A stretch of DNA of 64,000 nucleotides. It comes from Candidatus Fermentibacteraceae bacterium. Lineage in GTDB: Bacteria; Fermentibacterota; Fermentibacteria; Fermentibacterales; JCC-6. The notes under the pieces were generated by a model, which had not been told where the DNA came from, ran no database searches, and worked only from the letters and a program-made list of their open reading frames with translations. The translations under genes and the position numbers were made by a program. Below, piece after piece: positions 28,552 to 36,184 of this stretch (position 1 is the stretch's first letter; each line of letters begins with the position of its first letter). The stretch lies in assembly GCA_041750285.1 (NCBI GenBank), contig JBGSZS010000018.1:1-64000 (forward strand), read 5' to 3'.

Positions 28552-28923
28552 TCATCCTTCCTCTTCGGCGGAGCACCCGCGAAGGAGGTCAACCGCCTCG
28601 TCAATGTTTATCTCGCCGTGGTGGAGGTCGTCCAGTATCTCAAGCGGGTGCCTGGAAAAACCCCCCATTCCGCGAAACAGGTCGTCAATCCGGGCCCTGA
28701 CGGTGGGGTACGATACCCCAAGCTTCCGTTGAACCGCCTTCAGGTTCCCTCGGGCCTCGAGGAAGAGGTCGAAGAGAACGCGGCTCTCCCCGGTAAGGGT
28801 GCAGACCGGGCAGAGCCTGTATTTCCCCGCAACCTCTGTTCCGCATTTTGGACACTCCAGCCTCACAACAAGAAGTCCTTCGCCGCATGAAGGACAGCTC
28901 GTGGGTGTGGGAGTGTTACACAT
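28552..28923 (-). CDS. DUF2089 family zinc-ribbon/HTH protein
   Basis: CPSCG, CPKCGT, GNLKAVQRKLGVSYPTVRARID, C-terminal GEINIDEA. Confidence 0.9.
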   Translation of the reverse strand: MCNTPTPTSCPSCGEGLLVVRLECPKCGTEVAGKYRLCPVCTLTGESRVLFDLFLEARGNLKAVQRKLGVSYPTVRARIDDLFRGMGGFSRHPLEILDDLHHGEINIDEAVDLLRGCSAEEEG

Positions 28924-29818
28924 CCTCTCCGCCCCTGATCGTCACACCGCCACCCATGGTCTTCACCACGAGGATCGAGGAGTCATCGTCATCGCCCATG
29001 GCAACGACTTTCCGTGAGGAACCCGGTGAAGGCCTGTCTTCGATCACCCTGACGCCCGAAGCTTCAACGGACCCTCCCATGGTGGAGGCATCCACCCTTC
29101 CCGAGAAACCTTCGAGGAGTTCCACCGAGACGCCGCCGCCCATTGTCTTGGCCTTCGAGCCGCCGTTCCATTCAGGTCCCAGCACCAGATCGAGACCGCC
29201 GCCCATTGTCTTGATAGAGAAATGGGCGCCGGGCCTTGCGAGCTGAACGCTGCCGCCCATTGTCCTCGCCTTCAGGGGACAGTGAAGGTCGCTCACTGAA
29301 ATGCTGCCGGCCTTGAGGGTGAGTTCCACCGAACCCGCGGCTTCGGGGATCTCGAGCTCGGCGCCGCCCTCGCTGATGTAGATCTGAATGTCGTCGCCGT
29401 CCCTGAGGATCCTGAGCTTCTCGCCAGTTCCGGGGCGGACAACGAGCCTGCCAGACTCGCTTCGGGTGACCTTCACGCTGCCCGATGATCCGCAGAGCTT
29501 CATGCCCGAGCTTTTCACCCTGACCGAGGCTCCGGCAGGGATCTCCTCGTCGAGTGACTCTGCTTCGACCGCGTCGGAGGGGATATCTTCGCGGCCGAAG
29601 CCGACCCGCATCTCCTTCATGACCTCGCCCATCATGTCACCCATGGTGTGAAAAACCCCGTGAAAGGCGCCGAGCCTGGGCGGTTTCGGGGGGTGTGGAG
29701 CATGGAAACGGTGTTTCCCTCCGCTGTCGTTCAGAGCGTCGAGCAGTTTCGCGGCATCATCGGCCGAAATGGTGCCGTCGGCGACCATTTCCAGCACTTT
29801 CATTCGTTCTTCGTTCAT
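28916..29818 (-). CDS. LiaX/YvlB-like protein (SHOCT-like N-terminus plus DUF4097 repeats)
   Basis: MNEERMKVLEMVADGTISADDAAKLLDAL; five TMGG repeats. Confidence 0.8.
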   Translation of the reverse strand: MNEERMKVLEMVADGTISADDAAKLLDALNDSGGKHRFHAPHPPKPPRLGAFHGVFHTMGDMMGEVMKEMRVGFGREDIPSDAVEAESLDEEIPAGASVRVKSSGMKLCGSSGSVKVTRSESGRLVVRPGTGEKLRILRDGDDIQIYISEGGAELEIPEAAGSVELTLKAGSISVSDLHCPLKARTMGGSVQLARPGAHFSIKTMGGGLDLVLGPEWNGGSKAKTMGGGVSVELLEGFSGRVDASTMGGSVEASGVRVIEDRPSPGSSRKVVAMGDDDDSSILVVKTMGGGVTIRGGEDV

Positions 29819-29862
29819 TTTAGCCAATTCCTTTCATTTTGTGGTATCGTGGAATTGCCAAA

Positions 29863-29890
29863 ATGATACTGCGCTTTTACAATTTGTCAA
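29863..29890 (-). promoter_or_regulatory. Sigma70-type promoter of the LiaX-like operon
   Basis: TTGACA-16 bp-TATCAT on the minus strand. Confidence 0.65.
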
Positions 29891-30512
29891 TACCGGGAGC
29901 AACATCCCCTTTTTCCAGGCTCGCCCTGAGGCTGTCGACCTGCCGGTAGATGTCACCCATCTCCTCGACCAGCTTCTTCTTGACCTCGAGAAGGCTGCCC
30001 TCCAGATCGGAGGCGGCTTCCCTGAACCTGTTGACGAACCTGGCGTTCTCGGTCTCGAGGAAGAGGGAGAGGAGCTTGTCGGGGGTCAGGGCTTCGTTCC
30101 GGGCATCGCCCCTGACTTTGTAAGTCCCGCCGCTGGTGCAGTAGGGACGGTTCCTTCCCGGAGGGATCTCGACCCTTAGAAAGGGCTTCTCGCCGTCCCC
30201 GTTCTCGAGGATGACCCTTACCTCGACCGGCGGGACACAGCTCTCCGCCTTTCCAAGGATGTTCAGCTTGGCCTTGTCACCGACCTCGCATCCCACGATC
30301 TCCGCGAGCTGCATCCCGCGGGAGTCCCTGAGTTCCCGCACTCCCAGAAGAACGACCCCACCGTGCTCCGTATTTGCAAACGCGACAAGGTCCTCGGCGG
30401 AGAGTGCGTTGACGGACTCCTTGAAATCGAGCCCAGTCCCCTCCTGGCTTCCCAGGAGTTCCCCGGCCCGTTCGGAAAGGCCAGCGTGTTCGGCCGGTTC
30501 CCCGCGATTCAC
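29877..30512 (-). CDS. AlbA_2 (Schlafen-like) domain protein with C-terminal coiled coil
   Basis: EGTGLDFKES, LVAFANTEHGGVVLLGV, RPYCTSGGTYKVR. GTG start with AGGAG RBS; the ORF-track N-terminal extension overlaps the upstream gene. Confidence 0.85.
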   Translation of the reverse strand: MNRGEPAEHAGLSERAGELLGSQEGTGLDFKESVNALSAEDLVAFANTEHGGVVLLGVRELRDSRGMQLAEIVGCEVGDKAKLNILGKAESCVPPVEVRVILENGDGEKPFLRVEIPPGRNRPYCTSGGTYKVRGDARNEALTPDKLLSLFLETENARFVNRFREAASDLEGSLLEVKKKLVEEMGDIYRQVDSLRASLEKGDVAPGIDKL

Positions 30513-30513
30513 G

Positions 30514-30843
30514 TCAGTGAAGCCTCTCCTGCCACGGATGACCATTGGACCAGCCCGCCTGGTACTCGTAGTCGACGTAGAAGACGCAAAGATCGGCCTG
30601 ATACTCGTAGTCGCAGAAATACACCGAGACATCGCCCTGGTACTCGTAATCGCAGAAGTACCAGAGGGAGTCATCGTCATCCGCCTGATATTCGTACTCA
30701 ACTACATGGACGCACAGGTCCGCCTGATACTCATAGTCGACAACGAACACGTTGAGGTCGGCCTGGTACTCGTAGTCGGCCACGTAGACGTTCCCCGCGT
30801 TGGCCATGGCCACCAGGGCCAGCACCGGAATCACTGCCTTCAT
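30514..30843 (-). CDS. Secreted DUF6150-like repeat protein
   Basis: Signal peptide plus six ~13-aa repeats (V/W)xxx(D/E)YEYQ(A/G), ending QAGW. Confidence 0.8.
   Translation of the reverse strand: MKAVIPVLALVAMANAGNVYVADYEYQADLNVFVVDYEYQADLCVHVVEYEYQADDDDSLWYFCDYEYQGDVSVYFCDYEYQADLCVFYVDYEYQAGWSNGHPWQERLH
30555..30790 (-). repeat. Coding tandem repeat, ~39-bp period, six units
   Basis: Recurrent TACTCGTAGTCG-like core on the + strand, in frame with the protein repeat. Confidence 0.8.
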
Positions 30844-30909
30844 TTCTCCTCCAAGGGTGGGGGACGGACTTAGATAGTATAGTTTACTGGCATATCTAAA
30901 AGGGGGTGT

Positions 30910-33900
30910 TCACTTTGTGAGCGCCCCTCTTTCAAGGCTGCTCCAGATTCTGTCAAAAACGCTGCGGAGTTTTCCGCCGCCCTGGCCGAACGAAGCAAGG
31001 ACCTGAACCCAGGCTTCCTCAATCGACAGGGGCTCTTCGCAGGAGAGCAGACCCTTCTCAGTGAGGAAGGTTTCCAATTCATCGATCAGGGCTGTGCGGA
31101 AACCCGGCACCTCCCTGGAGCGAAGCGCAGACAGAAGTGCTTCGGGACTGCCGCCGTGTTTCTGCGCAAGCACCCATGCCTCTTCAAACAGCCTTGACCT
31201 GCCCACGGGAGACTCCTCGAGGTCTTTGCGCGAAAGCGGGGCTGACCTGCCACGGGAACAGGCGGTCAGGATCTGTCCCGCCACGGTGGCAGCATTCTCC
31301 AGTTCAGCGTACTCCGAGGCATCAAGTACAGACCTGCCGGCAGCAATGGCCTTTCCGACCGAATCGAGCCCGGCTTCGAGAAGCTTGTGGAGCAGTGCGG
31401 TGTTCGACAGCACCCAGGCTGGATGAAGCTCTCCCGGGGGCATTCCACAAACGATCCGGGGTGGTTCCAGGAGACGGGCGTACTGGTCGTAGGAAAGGTT
31501 TCCCGGTTCCGGCACGACAGGCAGAAGGTTCCCGTGAAGAGGCCATTCCCCTGGCTCTTTCAGGTCGATTCGAACAACATTCACGGGTCCGCCCCCTGCG
31601 CTTCGGAAAACGTCACGGACAAGTGACGCGTCGGGTTCCTGACATGTCAGGTAGAACAGCTGCCTGTCGTCCAGCGCAAGTTCGGCCATGGAAGCAGCCA
31701 CTTCCCTGAACCGCTTCAGATCGGTGTTGGCGAGCACTTCATCAAACACCAGAGGCAGTTTGTCTCCGGCCTCGATCAGCTCGGCGAACGAAATCTTCAG
31801 CGCAAGGAGAAGCTGCATCCTTGTTCCGCGGGACAGGTGACCCAAAGCCACGGTTTGTCCGGTATTGGCATCGACCGCCGCTACCTCGCTGTCTTCAAGA
31901 CCAACGGGACCAAGGGAATACCTCCCCCCCGTGAAGCGGGCCAACAGACCGGATGCCCTGTTCACGACAGGAGGCTGGATCTCAACCTGATACTTGCCCT
32001 TCACGGTGTCGAGAAGCTTGTTACGAATGCGTATCCGGTGATTCCTGCCGTCGATGATGTCCTTCTTCCTCTCAAGGTTCTGGATGACGGCCAGAAGCTC
32101 CACAAGTTCAAAGGACCTTTCCATCTCCGCTTCGGCTGCAGTAGCCAGAACGACCTGATCACGGACTTCGCCAAGGGTCGACGCAAGCTGCCCGGCAAGC
32201 CGGATCTCCTCTGAAAGGTCGGAATCCGATACGGGAATGTCGCCGTCGGGGATCTCGAAACGCTTGAGCTGATGACCTATGTCGCGGTACTCCTGAAGAC
32301 GGGAGTCGCGTTCCTTCAGGGAGGCGAAATCCCCCCTTTCGAGCCGGTTTCTTCTGAATATCCCGTCGTACTCGGCCTCGGCTTCGCGCAATCTGCCGGA
32401 AACGCTACGGGCTTCGACAAGCAGGCCCGCAAGGGTTTCGGATTCCTGAACGAACACACGCACCCGCTCTTCAAGCGTATCCACAAGACTGACAGCGCTC
32501 TCAAGGGAATCAGGAACGACCGGCACGTAGGCGGAAAGCAGGACGCCGAGCTTGTGAAGAACTTCACCGGCGCTGGAAACTGAGCTCTCAAGCTGACCCT
32601 TGAACCCGTCCAGTTCTTCGAAACGCTTCATGCGGCCAGCCACAAGCTCAACGCCCAGGGCTGAGCTGACACCCATCCTCTCCCTTGTTTCCCGAAAGAT
32701 CTGATCAGCGGGGCCGATATCCAGATCGATCTGGGCCAGTTCCGCCGCCAGACCGTTGCGCGTGGCCATGTCCGCCCGGGCATCCTCGAGATGCCTGATA
32801 ATCCCCAGAACGTCATGGACCGTCCAGGATGCAGGCTGTCTGAGCTTCAGCGACGAGTACTCTCCCTGAAAGCGCTGAGCCCTCAACACAGGCATCAGAA
32901 GGGACGCGGCGAGGATCATGATCGCAACCGCAGCAGGCAGATGGTTGCCGCCGGGGATCAGAAGAGCCAGAAGGACGAGGATTCCCGCCGGGATAACGTA
33001 GTCCCTGTGTTCCTTCAGGGAGAGCCAGCGTGCAAGGAGGCTTCTCCCCCTGTTGAGGGTTTCCTCCTGAAGGCCCGAAAGCCTGCCGTCGAACTCAGAG
33101 AGGCGTGCTGCAAGTTCCTTTCTTCTTTCACCCAGCCGTTCATAGTTGAGCCCGGAGGCCAGAACTGCATCGAGATCGAAGATGCTAACGCTGGTGGGGA
33201 CCCCTTCGAGAATGCTGGACAGCTCTCCGATCCTTTCCTCGAGATAGGTTTTCCTGCGGGTGAACGACTTGAGGCTTTCAAGCGTGTTTCGTATCTCGCC
33301 AAGGGTATCGGGCACCGAATCGAGGCCGCATGCGGAGAGCTTCCTGCGGCAGGCCCCTGCCAGACCGTCAATCTCAACGGCCTTCCCCTTCAGGGTGATG
33401 ATCTCCTCCCGCAGCCTGGTGGCATTCCCAAGATCCGTGGGGAGTGCGCTCTCCATCCCGCTCATTGACGCGAACTGCAGCAGGAGTTCCCGCCTTTCCC
33501 GCTCCCTTTTCAGCAGGACAAGCCTTTCCTCGGCCCTGAGTGCAGCGGCCTGCTTCTCCCGGAGTTCCGGCAGGGTCACGACGAGCCCGTGCTTTGCCTC
33601 CATATCCCTGACCCTGTCGTTGTACTGGTTCCGGTGTCTCTCAAGATCGTTTTCCAGTGCTCTCGATGAATCCTCGCGCATGTAGAGGGAGTTCACCGAC
33701 ACCTGCCCCGTGATGGCCTGCTTGACCCTGTCCGCAAAAGTGGCCGTGCCCTGGTCAAAAAGGTCATCTGCGGTGATGGTGAAACAATCGGCATGGCTGT
33801 CCGGTGGAAGCTTCAGCAGGGACTGCCCGCTGGAGTAGCTCTGGTTGATCTCGAGAGGGATGTTGTCGAAGGTCTGCGCGGATACCACCCGCAGGGCCGT

Positions 33901-34071
33901 CCTGTCGGCAGTTGAGGGCCAGAGGAGCCAGCGGACGGCACGGGCGAAAGTGGTCTTGCCTGTGCCGTTGGCTCCAATGATCACATTCATGCCCGGTGAA
34001 AGGTCTGAAAGAACGGGCCCTCCCCGGGGAAAACCGGGCATGGCGACGATGCGAAGGCTTCTAATCCTCAA
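30910..34071 (-). CDS. SbcC/YhaN-like SMC-type ATPase
   Basis: Walker A GANGTGKTT, long coiled coil, LSRGTRMQLLLAL signature, LPLVFDEVLANTD Walker B; TTG start overlaps the nuclease gene end. Confidence 0.88.
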   Translation of the reverse strand: MRIRSLRIVAMPGFPRGGPVLSDLSPGMNVIIGANGTGKTTFARAVRWLLWPSTADRTALRVVSAQTFDNIPLEINQSYSSGQSLLKLPPDSHADCFTITADDLFDQGTATFADRVKQAITGQVSVNSLYMREDSSRALENDLERHRNQYNDRVRDMEAKHGLVVTLPELREKQAAALRAEERLVLLKRERERRELLLQFASMSGMESALPTDLGNATRLREEIITLKGKAVEIDGLAGACRRKLSACGLDSVPDTLGEIRNTLESLKSFTRRKTYLEERIGELSSILEGVPTSVSIFDLDAVLASGLNYERLGERRKELAARLSEFDGRLSGLQEETLNRGRSLLARWLSLKEHRDYVIPAGILVLLALLIPGGNHLPAAVAIMILAASLLMPVLRAQRFQGEYSSLKLRQPASWTVHDVLGIIRHLEDARADMATRNGLAAELAQIDLDIGPADQIFRETRERMGVSSALGVELVAGRMKRFEELDGFKGQLESSVSSAGEVLHKLGVLLSAYVPVVPDSLESAVSLVDTLEERVRVFVQESETLAGLLVEARSVSGRLREAEAEYDGIFRRNRLERGDFASLKERDSRLQEYRDIGHQLKRFEIPDGDIPVSDSDLSEEIRLAGQLASTLGEVRDQVVLATAAEAEMERSFELVELLAVIQNLERKKDIIDGRNHRIRIRNKLLDTVKGKYQVEIQPPVVNRASGLLARFTGGRYSLGPVGLEDSEVAAVDANTGQTVALGHLSRGTRMQLLLALKISFAELIEAGDKLPLVFDEVLANTDLKRFREVAASMAELALDDRQLFYLTCQEPDASLVRDVFRSAGGGPVNVVRIDLKEPGEWPLHGNLLPVVPEPGNLSYDQYARLLEPPRIVCGMPPGELHPAWVLSNTALLHKLLEAGLDSVGKAIAAGRSVLDASEYAELENAATVAGQILTACSRGRSAPLSRKDLEESPVGRSRLFEEAWVLAQKHGGSPEALLSALRSREVPGFRTALIDELETFLTEKGLLSCEEPLSIEEAWVQVLASFGQGGGKLRSVFDRIWSSLERGALTK

Positions 34072-35137
34072 CGCCGCGCTCCTGTTCAAGAAGCTCTTCG
34101 AGCAGTTCAAGGCCCACCGAGTACTCAACGCTTCCCGGTTCCATGAGGGTGATCTCACGCGCCAGAAGCGAGCTCATCCTTCTGCCCCGGGCAAGCTCAT
34201 TGATGTCCAGCCATGGCTTGGTGTCGTTGATCGCCTGGTGAATGAAGTAGCCGGAGTAGCATGAATTGTCGAGAGTTGCGGCGGCCTTGCCGAAATCCCT
34301 TCTTCTTCTGGTGCGGCCTCTGAACAGCACCCTGAACCCGGTCAGCACCGAACCGACCTCGGAGTCGAGCATTCGCTCGACAAGAGAGGCGATGCTTTCG
34401 TCGGGCTCGACAAGGTCGGCCTCGGTAATCGTGACCATTTTCCACTCAAGGACCGGGATCGGTATTCGCCTCATCGTCATGCCGTCGGTATCGAGCATCA
34501 CAACGCTTCGTGGTCCGGTTTCGCCCGAATTGAGCCCCACCGGAGAACCCGGGTAGAAAACCCTGCCGGATTCCATCGGAACGTGCATGTGCCCCAGAAC
34601 CCACCTGTCCACGGGACAGGCTTCGAGTTCCCCAAGCGCCACCGGCGCATATGGGCTGTCACCGCCGGAAAGGTCGCAGTGAAGGAGGCCCACGGTCCTT
34701 CCGTCCGAACTTCCGGGAAAACCGTCCATGGGTGTTTCGCGGTAGTGCCTGCCGGGAAATGACCATCCCGCAATGGTTATCTCCCCAAGCCTGTGGGTTT
34801 CCCATCGGCCGGCCAGCCCCAGTGGCACCACCCCGGGAAAACCCATGGCTGCTTCGGGAAGCAGGTTCCAGTCATGATTCCCGGCGGTGAGCACCACCGG
34901 GATGCCAGCGGCCTGCAACCGTCTGAGGCCGTGCCTGAACGTGGCCATGCCCTCGGCGTAACTTTTCGCGGAATCTATTGCATCACCGGCGATGAGAAGA
35001 GCGTCGACCCTCTCGTCGATCGCGGTGTCGCAAATCAGCCTCCAGGCCCTGGCCGGTCCGTGGGCTTCCTGGGACACGCTTTCGGGAAGGGGTATGCTCC
35101 TCCCCAGGTGCAGGTCAGCCGTGCAAAGCAGTTTCAC
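34061..35137 (-). CDS. SbcD/Mre11/YhaO-like metallophosphoesterase nuclease
   Basis: TADLHLG, LIAGD, AGNHD, LGHMH, YPGSP. Confidence 0.92.
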   Translation of the reverse strand: MKLLCTADLHLGRSIPLPESVSQEAHGPARAWRLICDTAIDERVDALLIAGDAIDSAKSYAEGMATFRHGLRRLQAAGIPVVLTAGNHDWNLLPEAAMGFPGVVPLGLAGRWETHRLGEITIAGWSFPGRHYRETPMDGFPGSSDGRTVGLLHCDLSGGDSPYAPVALGELEACPVDRWVLGHMHVPMESGRVFYPGSPVGLNSGETGPRSVVMLDTDGMTMRRIPIPVLEWKMVTITEADLVEPDESIASLVERMLDSEVGSVLTGFRVLFRGRTRRRRDFGKAAATLDNSCYSGYFIHQAINDTKPWLDINELARGRRMSSLLAREITLMEPGSVEYSVGLELLEELLEQERGVED

Positions 35138-35189
35138 GCAGGCTTCCTTCCCGTGGTTCCAGCATGAATAAACCGGCAGCGCCTCCGGG

Positions 35190-36101
35190 TCAATGTCGCC
35201 CCGGCTCGCCCGCCGGCCCCCCGGCTGCCAGGATCGTTCCCAGAAGCATGAGCAGACAGCCCGAGAGTTCCACCGCAGAAAGGCTTTCCTTCAGGATGAG
35301 CCATCCGCCGAGCGCTGCGAAGACAGCCTCAAGCGCCATCAGAGCTCCGGCCTCGGATGGTCTCACACGTTTCTGGGCGAACACCTGAAGGGTGAAGGCC
35401 AGCCCAACAGAAAGAAAGCCACTGTAAGCCAGCGGAATGACGGCCCCCTTAACACCCCGGAACGGCTCACCGACAAGGGCGGCGATCAGAAGGCTTACCA
35501 GCCCGCATACTGCGAACTGGCAAAGGGCAAGCCCCCCGGGATCAAGCTTTATGGCCAGCCCTCCGATCAGCCTGACATGAAAGGCCCATGCAAAGGCACC
35601 CAGAAGTACAAGAACATCTCCAGGGTTGGCCGAATGGAACCCTTCCCTGAAACTGAGAAGGAAAAGCCCCGCAAGGGCCAGGGCAAAACCCACCCATGCA
35701 GCCGTGGATTCACGTTCGCCGGAAAACGCTCCCAGAAGGGGAACGAAAACGATGTAAAGGCCGGTGATGAACCCTGCCCTGGATGCCGTCGTGTGGACCA
35801 TCCCCCACTGCTGGAGGGACGCCCCGGCGAAAAGAACGGTTCCCGCAGCGATAGCGGGAAGGATCATGGCCCTGGTCACCCGTGAACCGAAAATGGGAAC
35901 CAGGACCAGCGCGCCAAGAAGGAACCTGATGCCGTTGAAGAGAAGGGGACCCATGTGTTCCATGCCGGCCCTCTGGGCTGTGAACGCCATTCCCCACACC
36001 GCTGCCGTCAGGAGCAGCAGAAGCCTTGCTCTGCCCTGGCCGCCGCCGGGCCGGATGGTAATCAAGCCGTCACTCCTCCACCAGTGGTCGGGTGTGAACA
36101 T
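35190..36101 (-). CDS. EamA/DMT family transporter
   Basis: VWGMAFTAQ, TTASRAGFITGLYIVFVP, LEAVFAALGGWLILKE. Start uncertain. Confidence 0.9.
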   Translation of the reverse strand: MFTPDHWWRSDGLITIRPGGGQGRARLLLLLTAAVWGMAFTAQRAGMEHMGPLLFNGIRFLLGALVLVPIFGSRVTRAMILPAIAAGTVLFAGASLQQWGMVHTTASRAGFITGLYIVFVPLLGAFSGERESTAAWVGFALALAGLFLLSFREGFHSANPGDVLVLLGAFAWAFHVRLIGGLAIKLDPGGLALCQFAVCGLVSLLIAALVGEPFRGVKGAVIPLAYSGFLSVGLAFTLQVFAQKRVRPSEAGALMALEAVFAALGGWLILKESLSAVELSGCLLMLLGTILAAGGPAGEPGRH

Positions 36102-36184
36102 ATTCCCGCCGGTGACACTGCGAACCGGACATCCCGAAAAGCACAGGGACGCCCGGAACAAGACTCAACCGGAGGCGCGCTGCA

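Noticed and set aside
30555..30790. CRISPR-like periodic repeats
   Set aside because: The period is a multiple of 3 and the variation follows codons of a protein repeat; there are no unique spacers or cas genes.
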